This document shows, one piece after another, positions 1 to 9,269 of a stretch of 64,000 bases of DNA. Made by a program: the position numbers and the translations under genes. Below the pieces are notes generated by a model. It saw only the letters and a program-made list of their open reading frames with translations, had not been told where the DNA came from and made no database searches. Positions within the stretch are counted from its first letter, which is position 1. The number at the start of each line of letters is the position of its first letter. Origin of the DNA: Planctomycetota bacterium (GTDB lineage Bacteria > Planctomycetota > PLA2 > JAEUHO01); NCBI GenBank assembly GCA_965223505.1, contig CBDCWP010000044.1, forward strand, positions 224,001 through 288,000, written 5' to 3'.

Positions 1-2916
1 GCCATTTTCTGGGCGCCGCAGCCGATCTCCGCCGACGCCGACCGCGTCAACGACGTCGTCGCGGCCATCCGCGAGGCCCACGAGCGGGGGGACCGCGCCA
101 CGATCGAATATCGGGCGAAGTCCACCAAGAGCGACCTGTGGTTGGTCGTCGAGCACCTGATCGCGACCGGAGCGATCGACGCGGCGGAGGTCGCTGCCAA
201 GGCGGTGACGGATCGGGGCCTCTACAAGAAGCTCGCCGCGTACGTCGCCTGGCGCCGCGAGCATCCGATCACCGCCGAGCAGTTCTGGGCCTTCAACAAG
301 ACGGTCGTCCTGGCCGTGCGTGGCGAGCGGGAGGAGGCGCTCGAGCGGTTGGGTGGGCACGCCGACCTGGACGGCGTGACCGGGGCGCGCGTCGTGCACA
401 CACGCGCCTCCATCTACGCGTCGCAGAAGCGGCCGCCGAAGGAGCTGATCGAGGCGTACGAGCGGTCGGCGGAGGCGGCGACCGAGATCGGTTGGGTCGG
501 GGCCGCATTCCATCACCATCAAAAGGGAATCGAGATCGCGAACAAGGCGGGGCTTCACGAGACCGCCATCGAGCTGGCGCTCGCCTCGCTGAAGATCGTC
601 GAAGAGGCGGGGATCCGTTGGTCGCGGCGGTACATGCACTGGGCCGCGTCGCGCGGGTTCCAGAAGTCGAGCAGGTACGACCTGGCCATCGCGCACGCGA
701 AGTCGTCTCTCGAGCTGTCGCAGGGGCCGAAGGAACAGCGCTATGCGCTGCGACACCTCATCTCGCTCGAGATCGCGGCGGGGTACCGGCGCGACGCGCG
801 CAAGCACTTGATGGCGGTGCGAGGGCTCGACGATGCGCTGAACACGCCGAGTGCGGTCGCCGCGAACGATCTGCATCTCGCCTCTCTCGACGCCATGGAA
901 GGGCGCTTCACGTCGGCGCTCGCGAAGCTGGACACCGTACTCTCGTACTTCGAGACGCACGGCTCCAAGGGCGAGATCCGGGGCGCGAACCTCCACGCCG
1001 GGAAGGTCTGGTTGCACCTGCGCGACTGGCCGCGGGCGCGGGAACATCTGCGTCGCGCACGCGAGGCGGGGAGGGGGCTCGGATACAACGACGCGGCGCT
1101 GCTGCATTTCGAGGCGCTGGCATTTCTCCAGGAGGGCAAGCCCGTCGACGCCGAGCGGGCAATCCGCGCCTCGATTGCCGAAGCCGACACTGCGTCGGCG
1201 GACGCGCGGATCCAGGGGCGCCTCACCCTCGCGTCGGCGTTGATCGATCAGGGTCGGGCGAAAGAGGCGCTGGCGGAGATCGAAGTCGCCAAGGGACTGC
1301 TCACCGCCAAGACGTCTACGGCGACGCGCATCCACCTTCTGTCGAGCGAGTGCATGGTGCTCGTGGCGTTGGGAGCGTTCGATCGAGCGATCGAGGTCGG
1401 CGAGGGCGCGCAGAAGCTGTTCACCCCGGGGCTGGCGGGCCCGCTGGACGCGCTGCTCGAGACGCGACTCGCGACGGCGTGGCTGGCCAAGGGCGAACCC
1501 CGTCGCGCGCTGGACGCGCTGCGTCTCGCGATCAAGCTGATCGTTCGGGCATCGAGCGGCCTTCCGGACGCCGTCGGGGCGCAGCATCGCTCCGAGATGG
1601 CGGACATGTTCGCGCTCGCGGTGGCGGCGGCCGCCGCCGTCCCCGATCCGGCGATGCTGTTCGAGCTCTCCGAGACGGCGCGCGCCGTCGCGCTGAGAAC
1701 GAGGATGGACGCGGGTGAGATCGTGCACCGATCGCTTTCTCCCGAGCTGGCCGAGCGCGAGGTCGAGCTCGAAGAGGCGGAGATCCGTGCCGTCGGTTCG
1801 TACCGCGCCGCGTTGGTGACCGGCGCCGGGGGCGATGCTCGCAAGGCGTTGGCGCAGCTGAATCGTGTGCGCGAGGACCTCGAGCGTCACAAAGAGCTGA
1901 TTCGCGCGCGTGATGCGGTCGTCGGACAGGTCCTGAGTCCGAAGGTCGACAGCCTGGCGGAGACGGTATCGCGTCTCGACGCGGGCACGGCGATCGTCGT
2001 GTACGCGCGGGGCATGAAGGCCGTCCATGCCTTGGTCCTCACGAGGGCAGCGTCCCGACTCGTGTCGCTGGGCAGTCGGCAGCAGATCGAAGCGCTCATT
2101 CGCGGCAGCGCGTTCGAGGACGTCACGTCCTCGCCGCAGGAGACCCACGCCAAGATGCGTACCACCTTGATCGAGCCGCTTCGCCTCCCTGCGGATGCCA
2201 AGCAGGTTCGCATCGTCCCCGGCGGCGACATTGCGTGGGTTCCGTTCGCCGCGTTGCTGCCGGAGCGCGACGTCGTCCTCCTGCCGTCGGTCACGGTCGG
2301 GCGCATGCTGGCACAGCGGTCGGAGAAGGCCGGCGGCGTGCTGGCGGTGGGGGACGCGCGGCCCGCGCTCGGCGCCGCGTTGCCTGCAACGGAGGTCGAG
2401 GCGCACGCCATCGGACACCGCGTCCTGGTCGGCGACGGGGCGACGGAAGAGGCGTTGCGCGCCGCGCTGGAACGCGACGCCGCATGGCGGTCCGTGCACC
2501 TGGCCTGTCACGGGCTGATCGATCCCGTGCACTCGTTGCGCTCGGCGCTCTCGCTACGGCCGTCGAAAGGCTACGACGGCCTGTGGACCGTTTCCGAGAT
2601 CCTCGAGGCGTCCGTTCGATCGGAGCTCGTAGCCCTTTCCGCGTGCTCCACCGCCCGCGGCAAGGCCTTTCAGCAGGAGGGGATCGTCGGGTTCGTACAC
2701 GCGTTCCTGGTGTCGGGTGCGAAGCGCGTGCTCGTGAGCCTCTGGGACGTCGACGACGAGGCGACGGCGGAGCTCATGCGTCGGTTCTATGCCGCGTGGC
2801 AGCCCGGAACCGACGCCGCGACCGCGCTGCGCATCGCGCAGACCGCCGTGCGCGCCCAACAGCGTTGGAAGCACCCCGCGTTCTGGGCGGGTTGGCAGCT
2901 GTGGGGCGTGCCGTAG
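1..2916 (+). CDS. TPR/helical-repeat plus CHAT (caspase-like) domain protein, 5' end outside window
   Basis: Frame open from base 1. C-terminal CHAT motifs VHLACHG, LSACST, VLVSLWDVDD, HPAFWAGW; Ala/Leu-rich helical N-terminal region. Confidence 0.9.
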   Translation, partial: AIFWAPQPISADADRVNDVVAAIREAHERGDRATIEYRAKSTKSDLWLVVEHLIATGAIDAAEVAAKAVTDRGLYKKLAAYVAWRREHPITAEQFWAFNKTVVLAVRGEREEALERLGGHADLDGVTGARVVHTRASIYASQKRPPKELIEAYERSAEAATEIGWVGAAFHHHQKGIEIANKAGLHETAIELALASLKIVEEAGIRWSRRYMHWAASRGFQKSSRYDLAIAHAKSSLELSQGPKEQRYALRHLISLEIAAGYRRDARKHLMAVRGLDDALNTPSAVAANDLHLASLDAMEGRFTSALAKLDTVLSYFETHGSKGEIRGANLHAGKVWLHLRDWPRAREHLRRAREAGRGLGYNDAALLHFEALAFLQEGKPVDAERAIRASIAEADTASADARIQGRLTLASALIDQGRAKEALAEIEVAKGLLTAKTSTATRIHLLSSECMVLVALGAFDRAIEVGEGAQKLFTPGLAGPLDALLETRLATAWLAKGEPRRALDALRLAIKLIVRASSGLPDAVGAQHRSEMADMFALAVAAAAAVPDPAMLFELSETARAVALRTRMDAGEIVHRSLSPELAEREVELEEAEIRAVGSYRAALVTGAGGDARKALAQLNRVREDLERHKELIRARDAVVGQVLSPKVDSLAETVSRLDAGTAIVVYARGMKAVHALVLTRAASRLVSLGSRQQIEALIRGSAFEDVTSSPQETHAKMRTTLIEPLRLPADAKQVRIVPGGDIAWVPFAALLPERDVVLLPSVTVGRMLAQRSEKAGGVLAVGDARPALGAALPATEVEAHAIGHRVLVGDGATEEALRAALERDAAWRSVHLACHGLIDPVHSLRSALSLRPSKGYDGLWTVSEILEASVRSELVALSACSTARGKAFQQEGIVGFVHAFLVSGAKRVLVSLWDVDDEATAELMRRFYAAWQPGTDAATALRIAQTAVRAQQRWKHPAFWAGWQLWGVP

Positions 2917-2925
2917 GCGGACCGC

Positions 2926-3735
2926 CTACTTGCCGAAGCCGATGCCCTTCAGCTTGTCGAGCGCCTTCTCTTTGAGCGCATCCGTCTCGGGCGTGCCGCC
3001 GCCGGGCAGCGCGAGCCCGTCCAACGCGTCGGCGCACGCCTGCTTCAGGCCCGTCAGCGACGTGAGCCGTCCGTCGAGCGTGCCCTGCACGAGCCCCGGC
3101 AGCTTGCCGGTTGCCGAAGCGCGCTTCAGGATCGACTCGATGAGAATGCCGGCGAGCTCGGAGAGCAATACGCCTTTGTCCGACTCCGTGCCGACGTCGT
3201 TCAGCTCGATCTTCTCGATGGGGATCTTCACCTCGCCGAGGTTGAGCTGCTTGACCGGCAACACCGACACGACCGTGTCTTCGATCACGAGCTTCTCGAT
3301 GATGAAGCGCTTGCCCTCGCTGTCGTCCTTGCTCGTGCCCTGAAATGCGGCGAGGTTCTCGAGAATCGTCCCGTAGTTCGATCGCTTCAGGTCCTGGATG
3401 AGCCGGATGCGGGGGCCGGTGAGCGTCAGCTGCGGGACCGCGACCACGTCGTCCATGAGCGACGAGAGCGAAACCTCGACCGCGCCGTTGCCCAGCTCGA
3501 AGAAGTTCGTCGCCGGATAGCCCTCGGGATTGGCAACGGCGAGATCGTCGAGCGAGACCGTGCCGCTGAAGAAGCCCACGTCGACGTCGTCGGCGGTGGT
3601 CGCCACTCCGAGCGCCTTCGATCCGGCCTTCTCGATGCCGGCTTTCGCCAGATCGTCGGCGTAGATGCCCACGACGACGAGGCCGACGATCAGGAGGACG
3701 ACGAGTCCGATGACGAGCTTGAGGAGGCGTTTCAT
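2926..3735 (-). CDS. AsmA/DUF748-like membrane-anchored protein
   Basis: N-terminal TM helix, then the ALGV...L.VANPEGYP pattern typical of AsmA-like N-terminal domains. Confidence 0.7.
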   Translation of the reverse strand: MKRLLKLVIGLVVLLIVGLVVVGIYADDLAKAGIEKAGSKALGVATTADDVDVGFFSGTVSLDDLAVANPEGYPATNFFELGNGAVEVSLSSLMDDVVAVPQLTLTGPRIRLIQDLKRSNYGTILENLAAFQGTSKDDSEGKRFIIEKLVIEDTVVSVLPVKQLNLGEVKIPIEKIELNDVGTESDKGVLLSELAGILIESILKRASATGKLPGLVQGTLDGRLTSLTGLKQACADALDGLALPGGGTPETDALKEKALDKLKGIGFGK

Positions 3736-3833
3736 GGGCGGCATCGTAGGGACCGGGATGACGGAGGACCCGTTCCTTCCGATCGCTCGCCCGACGGACT
3801 GGCGCCCGCGCCGCCGACGCGTATCCTCCCCGC

Positions 3834-4247
3834 ATGCGAACCCTCTCCTCCCTGGTCCTGATCGCGTGCGTCGTCGCGGCGTGCGGCGAGGCCGACAAGA
3901 CCTCCGAGCCCGAGACGCCGGCGCCGAGCGGCAAGCTCCGCGTCGAGTACTACGAGATCAGCAAGCAGTGACCTTTCTGCCAGAACATCGTGCGTGCGGT
4001 CGGCACGCTGCAGGAAGATCCTGCGTACAAGGACAAGATCGAGAGCGAGATCGTTTCGATGAGCTCGGAGAAGGGCAAGGCGTCCGACGCGCTCTACGAC
4101 TGGGGCGACCGGATGCACGGACTCGTCGTGCTCGGACCCGACGGCGACGTGCAGGCCGTGCTCAAGGGACACTCGTGGGGCGGCCGCGACGACGTGTCCA
4201 TTGCTTTGAACAAACTGAAAGAGACGATCGACCCGCTCTTGAAGTGA
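3834..4247 (+). CDS. Putative selenoprotein: thioredoxin-fold lipoprotein with UxxC motif (in-frame TGA 3969-3971)
   Basis: ATG 3834 with lipobox VAAC. Reads ..VEYYEISKQ-TGA-PFCQNIVRAV.. in frame with the 3990..4247 ORF; 137 aa. Hairpin follows the TGA. Confidence 0.85.
3972..4017 (+). promoter_or_regulatory. SECIS-like hairpin
   Basis: Lower stem CTTTCTGC/GCAGGAAG; upper stem GCGTGC/GCACGC; loop GGTCG starting 26 nt after the TGA. Confidence 0.7.
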
Positions 4248-4361
4248 AACGACCGGTGCGCTCGTGAACCGACGGATGTATCGGATTCGATGGGCTCGTC
4301 GCCGCGCCGGCCGTCTTGACGCACCTCTCTTGTTTAAAGTCTGCGGGAGAACATCGGTTAC

Positions 4362-4571
4362 GGGGGCCACGAGAAAAGCATTGCCAACCGGGGGAGAGTT
4401 CCGGTCGTATGAGCAAGGAAGCGAGCACGGGCAGAGAGCCCTAGGTGAAGAAACATGCCCCCCCCAGCAGAATTGAAGCCGCATGACGAAGTCGGACTGG
4501 CAGGAGGACTACGAGCCTCTGAGTGAGCCAAGCCGGCGGGGAGGGCTGGCAACTCCCTCTGCCCCATTTTT
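4362..4571 (+). ncRNA. Candidate structured cis-regulatory leader RNA, copy A (family not recognised)
   Basis: Shares ordered sequence blocks and stems with 51130-51296 upstream of a paralogous gene; ends in a GC-rich stem plus TTTTT. Confidence 0.6.
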
Positions 4572-4583
4572 CGAAGGACTTGC

Positions 4584-4931
4584 ATGGCACCGATCACGCT
4601 GACGAGACGAACGTTCATGGCCGCGACCGGCGCGACCGTGGGCGCGATCGCGCTCGTGGGATGCGGCGGCGGCTCGACGCCGACCGCGACGCCGATCGAT
4701 ACCAGCAAGGCGTGGCGGCTGTCCGGCGCGAGGCGCCGGATCTCCAACGCCGCCAAGAGCCACAACGCCAACAAGGTCTTCGCAACCCCCCTGGCGGCCC
4801 ATGTGGGCCGCGCGCACCCCGGCGACACGTCCAAGATCGTTCCGATGGACGTCAATCCGAACACGTGGTTGAAGCACTTCGGCGCCGGCGACCCTTGCGT
4901 CGACCTGCGTCAGATCGGCGACAAGCTGTAG
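4584..4931 (+). CDS. Small Tat-exported lipoprotein, unknown function (paralog of 50695..51111)
   Basis: TRRTFM twin-arginine motif and LVGC lipobox; conserved SNAAK.HN.NK.FAT..AA..GRAH.GDTSK core. Confidence 0.8.
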   Translation: MAPITLTRRTFMAATGATVGAIALVGCGGGSTPTATPIDTSKAWRLSGARRRISNAAKSHNANKVFATPLAAHVGRAHPGDTSKIVPMDVNPNTWLKHFGAGDPCVDLRQIGDKL

Positions 4932-4934
4932 CCG

Positions 4935-5627
4935 CTACTTCGGGTTCGTCGCCCAGAGCGTCGCTTCCGTGATGAAGCCGCGGTCGTGCATCGCGAGCAT
5001 GTCGACGATCATCTGCGCGACGTCGATCGCCTGGAGCTTCGTCGGGTTCTCCGGCCGTTCGCGCCCGCCGAAGCCGGTCTGCACCTCGCTCGGGTTGACC
5101 TGCATGACGCGCACATCGTGCTCCCGCAGCTCCGCGCGCCAGCACTCCGTCAATGCCGTGAGCGCAAACTTGCTCGCCGCGTAGGCGCCGCCGCCCTTGA
5201 AGCCCTTGCGCGCCGCCGTCGAGGCGACATTGACGATGTGACCGCTCGACTGGCTGATGAAGTGCTTCGCCGCGGCGCGCGCGACGAAGTAGGCGCCGAG
5301 CACGTTGACGCGTAGCGTCTTCTCGAAGTCGTCTCCGTCGCTGTCGACGAGCAGACCGAAGGTGCCGATCGCGGCGTTGTTGATCAAGACGTCCAGGCCG
5401 CCGAGCTCCGCGATCGCTTCGCTGACCATCATGTTCGCGTGGTCCTCGCGACCGACGTCGGCCTGGATCGGGTGGACGCCCAACTCCTCGGCCGCTTCGC
5501 GCAGCGCGGTCTCGTCGCGGCCGCAGATCGCCACGTCGGCGCCCTTGCCGTGGAGCATGCGCGCGGTCTCCTTGCCGATGCCGCGGCTGCCGCCGGTGAT
5601 GAGTACGCGGGCGTTCGAGAGATCCAT
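4935..5627 (-). CDS. SDR family oxidoreductase
   Basis: TGGSRGIG, NNAA and YAASK motifs. Confidence 0.95.
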   Translation of the reverse strand: MDLSNARVLITGGSRGIGKETARMLHGKGADVAICGRDETALREAAEELGVHPIQADVGREDHANMMVSEAIAELGGLDVLINNAAIGTFGLLVDSDGDDFEKTLRVNVLGAYFVARAAAKHFISQSSGHIVNVASTAARKGFKGGGAYAASKFALTALTECWRAELREHDVRVMQVNPSEVQTGFGGRERPENPTKLQAIDVAQMIVDMLAMHDRGFITEATLWATNPK

Positions 5628-5694
5628 GCCGTGCTCCGTGTCGTCCAGGTGCGGGATTCGCTATTCTGCGTTCGGTCGGAAGGAGGGACGAACG

Positions 5695-5952
5695 ATGGCC
5701 GGTATCGAATGGGCCGTTCTGATCCTCCAGGGCTACGTCGCGGCCGGCTTCCTCTTCGCCGTGCCGTTCGCCTTCGTCGGCGCCAAGCGCATCGACCCGG
5801 CGGCCGCCGAGGGAACGCTCGGGTTCCGACTGCTGATCATCCCCGGCGCGGCCCTGCTTTGGCCGCTGTTGATTCGACCGTGGTTGCAAGGCGCGGCGTA
5901 CCGCCCGGCGATTCGTGACGCGCACCGCGACGCGGCGGACACGGACGCATGA
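5695..5952 (+). CDS. Small two-TM membrane protein, first gene of Rieske/ferric reductase operon
   Basis: GGAGG upstream of ATG 5695; two hydrophobic segments; stop overlaps next ATG. Confidence 0.75.
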   Translation: MAGIEWAVLILQGYVAAGFLFAVPFAFVGAKRIDPAAAEGTLGFRLLIIPGAALLWPLLIRPWLQGAAYRPAIRDAHRDAADTDA

Positions 5953-6368
5953 TCCGGCGGCTGCGGCGGCAACATCGCGTCACGTTCCTGATCCTGGCGG
6001 TCTTGCTTCCGGCCGTGGTCGTGGCTGCGGTCCTGGCGCGACCCGAGCTGCCGCCGGAGCCGGAACAGCTTGCGTGGCGCGACCAGCGCCCCGGGGGCCG
6101 GACGACGTTCGAGATCGCACAGGAGTCCGGCTGGATCACGCTCACCCGCACATCCGCCTGCGGTGCGCCGGACCTGCTCCTCTACTGGGCGCCCGAACCG
6201 GGCCGGACGGGAGAGGCGGGGCTGCCCGAAGGTGCTCGCCTGCTCGGGACCCTCCCGCCGCAGCCCGACATGCGCGTTCGCCTGAGCGAGACCGGGGGAC
6301 ACGTGATCCTCTACAGCCTGGGTCATCGGGTCGTTCACGCGACGCGAGCGCTGGAGGCAGGTCGATGA
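5949..6368 (+). CDS. Hypothetical membrane-anchored protein
   Basis: ATGA overlaps at both ends; N-terminal TM; PDLLLYW and LYSL.H motifs. Confidence 0.7.
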   Translation: MIRRLRRQHRVTFLILAVLLPAVVVAAVLARPELPPEPEQLAWRDQRPGGRTTFEIAQESGWITLTRTSACGAPDLLLYWAPEPGRTGEAGLPEGARLLGTLPPQPDMRVRLSETGGHVILYSLGHRVVHATRALEAGR

Positions 6369-7399
6369 GCGTGAACTACCGCGCCGTCGGCTGGAATCGC
6401 CAGAAGCGCATCTACGACCTCGTGATGCTGGCCAGCGTTGGGGTATTCCTGATCGGCTTCACCGCCCTAGGTCGCATCGTCGATCCCAATCTCACGTCGA
6501 TCACACTGATGATCAGGGCGACGGCGGTGGCGGCGTTCGTTCTGCTTCACGTCACGCTGTCGATCGGACCGCTGTGCCGCTTGGACCCCCGCTTCCTTCC
6601 GTTGCTCTACAACCGGCGCCACATGGGTGTGACCGTGTTTGCCCTGGCGGCCGTTCACGCGTTCCTGGTCTACGCGCAGTTCCACGCCAATGGCGTGCTG
6701 CATCCGCTCGTGAGCATCCTCGTGGGGAGCGACCGCTACGACAGCCTCGCATGGTTCCCCTTCCAGCCGCTCGGCCTCGGTGCCTTGATCATCTTGCTGC
6801 TCATGGCAGCGACGAGCCACGACTTCTGGCTGCGAAACCTCACCGCCCCTGTGTGGAAGGCGCTGCACATGCTCGTGTATCTGGCGTACGCGCTCGCCGT
6901 CGCGCACGTCGCACTCGGCGCGCTCCAGCCCGAGCGAAGTCCCGTGCTGCTTGCGCTCCTCGGGCTCGGCGTGGCGTGGATCGTCGGACTCCATGCCTTG
7001 TCGGCGACTCGCCATCGAGTGATCGCGCCCGATACCGGCGACGACTTCGTCGATGTAGCGGCGGTGAGCGAGATCGCCGACAAGCGCGCAAAGATCGTCG
7101 AGATCTCCGGAGAGCGGGTCGCGGTGTTTCGCGACGGCAACCGGATCAGCGCCGTTTCCAACGTCTGCCAGCACCAGAGCGGGCCGCTGGGAGAGGGGCG
7201 CATCGGGAAGAACGGGTGCATCGCCTGCCCCTGGCATGGCTACGAGTACGAGCCGGCGACGGGCGCTTCGCCACCGCCGTTCACGGAGCGTATCCCGACG
7301 TTCAACGTTCGCGTCGAAGGAGATCGGGTCCTCGTGCATCCGCGACCGAACGCACCGGGCACGCGTGTCGAGCCCGCCGTCGTGGAGGGCGTCCGATGA
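6365..7399 (+). CDS. Ferric reductase-like (MsrQ-like) TM domain fused to a Rieske 2Fe-2S domain
   Basis: RRHMGV and WKALH heme-type TM motifs; Rieske CQHQSGPL and CPWHG. Confidence 0.9.
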   Translation: MSVNYRAVGWNRQKRIYDLVMLASVGVFLIGFTALGRIVDPNLTSITLMIRATAVAAFVLLHVTLSIGPLCRLDPRFLPLLYNRRHMGVTVFALAAVHAFLVYAQFHANGVLHPLVSILVGSDRYDSLAWFPFQPLGLGALIILLLMAATSHDFWLRNLTAPVWKALHMLVYLAYALAVAHVALGALQPERSPVLLALLGLGVAWIVGLHALSATRHRVIAPDTGDDFVDVAAVSEIADKRAKIVEISGERVAVFRDGNRISAVSNVCQHQSGPLGEGRIGKNGCIACPWHGYEYEPATGASPPPFTERIPTFNVRVEGDRVLVHPRPNAPGTRVEPAVVEGVR

Positions 7400-8148
7400 A
7401 CGACGACTTCTACGTCGGCTATCACAAGCAGGCCGCGCCGCGCGTTGCTTCCTTCCTGCGCAAGGCGGTGCCCGTCGTGGTGGTCACCGCGCTCGTCGTC
7501 GGCGTCGTTGCGCTCACGGCCCATCGAAGGGTCGAAGTGTCCGTCTACGAGGCGCGAGAGATCCGTGAGCTCGAAGGTGTCATCCAGGAAGCGCCCTACC
7601 CGATGCTCCTCGTGGAGCGCCCGGGGCAGGCGGCGTCGGCGGCGCCCTACTCACGCTATCTGATCGTTCGATCGGGGCGGTACGGCGCAGCCGAGGACGT
7701 ACGCGGCCTGAACGGTCGTCGTGCCCGAGTTCCGGCACGGCTCATCTACCGGGGCAATCACACCGTCCTCCAGCTTGCGGGACCGATCGAGCCGCTCGAC
7801 GGCCCCGTCGTCGTGCCTCCGGATCCCGTGCGTGTCCATGACGTAGCTGTCGTGGGGGAGGTCGTGGACGGCAAGTGCTACCTCGGCCGCATGAGCCCCG
7901 GCGGAACGAAGGTCCATCGCGGGTGCGCGGCGCAGTGCATTCGCGGCGGCATCCCGCCGATCCTCGCCTCGATCGACCCGAGCGGCGTGCCCATGTACTT
8001 CCTGCTGACCTCCCCTGACGGGGCGCCGGTCAAGGACGCAGTCATCCCGTTCGTTGCAGAGCGCGTCCGCGTACGTGGCAGCTGGTATCGCCATGGAGAT
8101 CTCTACGAACTTCGCGCGGATCCGTCGACGTACGAGCGCGTGCCCTAG
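7396..8148 (+). CDS. Membrane-anchored Cys/His-motif protein of the same operon
   Basis: ATGA overlap; N-terminal TM; KCYLG.M.PG..KVHRGCAAQCIRGGIPP motif. Confidence 0.75.
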   Translation: MNDDFYVGYHKQAAPRVASFLRKAVPVVVVTALVVGVVALTAHRRVEVSVYEAREIRELEGVIQEAPYPMLLVERPGQAASAAPYSRYLIVRSGRYGAAEDVRGLNGRRARVPARLIYRGNHTVLQLAGPIEPLDGPVVVPPDPVRVHDVAVVGEVVDGKCYLGRMSPGGTKVHRGCAAQCIRGGIPPILASIDPSGVPMYFLLTSPDGAPVKDAVIPFVAERVRVRGSWYRHGDLYELRADPSTYERVP

Positions 8149-9185
8149 CCGCCGTCGATTACCGACATGGGCTGGACCGACAGCGAGCTGAACCGCTGCG
8201 TCTTGCCGTCGAGCTTCTGGTCGAGGATCTTCTCGAAGACCGCCTGCTTCCACTCCAGAGGCGTACGTGGACTCGTTGCCGCGATCGCGTCGTGGATCTG
8301 GATCGAATAGAGCCACAGGCCGCCGGGCTCGACGACGGTGATGGTCTCCGATGAGAGACCGATGCCGGACTTCGACAACAGCGCGACGCTCATCACGTCG
8401 TCGGCCGTCGCGCCCATGGCCAGCCGCTGCTTCAGCTTCCGATGCGCGGCGGAGACGATCGACTCCGCGAACTCGGGCGTGATCTCGTGTTGGGCCGCGA
8501 TCTCGTCTCGGCGCTTGCGGTTGTAGTCCTCGATCGCGTGATCGGGCGCGCCCTTCGAGCTCTCATAGAAGGCCGCCGCGCGCTCGATGGCCGCGAGGGT
8601 CACGGCCGGCGACTGCAGCGCCGGCAGGCAGTCGAAGACCATGCCGTCGGGACGGCAGAAATACAGCGCGATCTCGCCGCCGATCGTGCCGCGAACGCTC
8701 TTGCCGTCGCCCAGGTCGAACTCGGCGATGGCCACGGGCGAGACGGACTCCCAGACCGGGGTGAAGGACTTGCTGACCGCGTCGATGATCCGGCGATCCG
8801 AGAACGTCACGGTTCTCGCAAGCTTGCCGTTCGCTCAGCAGAACTCCTCGTCGAACTTCCCGAAGAGGTGCAAGACCATCAGCGGCTTGTCTCCGCCCTT
8901 GGCTTCCTCCACGGAGCGCCGCCAGAGCAGGCGGCCGTCGCCACCCCACTGGCCGGTGATCTTCGAGAGCGCGCGCCGGCTGTGAACCTGCACCTTCACG
9001 CTGTCGCTCTCGAGTCCCGCCTGCAGGTCGGGAATCGCGTCTGCCCCCTTGGCGGCCCACGCCTGCACGGCGGCGCGCGCAACCTCCGGGTCGCCGCGGA
9101 ACTCGGCGAACGGCTGTTCACTCTGCGCATCACCGCAGGCGGCGAGCGCGACCAAGGCGATACAGGCGAGCACGGCGTGCTTCAT
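8145..9185 (-). CDS. Putative selenoprotein: Selenoprotein N-like lipoprotein with CU motif (in-frame TGA 8837-8835)
   Basis: ORFs 8835..9185 and 8145..8810 are in frame, joined by TGA plus 8 sense codons: LFGKFDEEFC-U-ANGKLARTVTFSDRRIIDAVSKSFTPVWESV; lipobox LAAC; 346 aa. Confidence 0.85.
8793..8834 (-). promoter_or_regulatory. SECIS-like hairpin
   Basis: Perfect 7-bp stem CGAGAAC/GTTCTCG with loop CGTGAC starting 23 nt after the TGA; basal GCGA/TCGC pairing. Confidence 0.7.
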
Positions 9186-9269
9186 GGCGGCCTCCCAACG
9201 GGCTGAGGACTCAGCCTGCCTGTGGAAACGAGCGGCGGTCGCAAAGAGTTCGCAAAACCCCGGAAGCGA

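Noticed and set aside
4316..4340. Sigma70 promoter for leader A
   Set aside because: TTGACG and TAAAGT are only 13 nt apart, so it was not called as a feature.
4455..4526. Leader peptide (MPPPAELKP...) in leader A
   Set aside because: No equivalent ORF in leader B; conservation is at the nucleotide and structure level.
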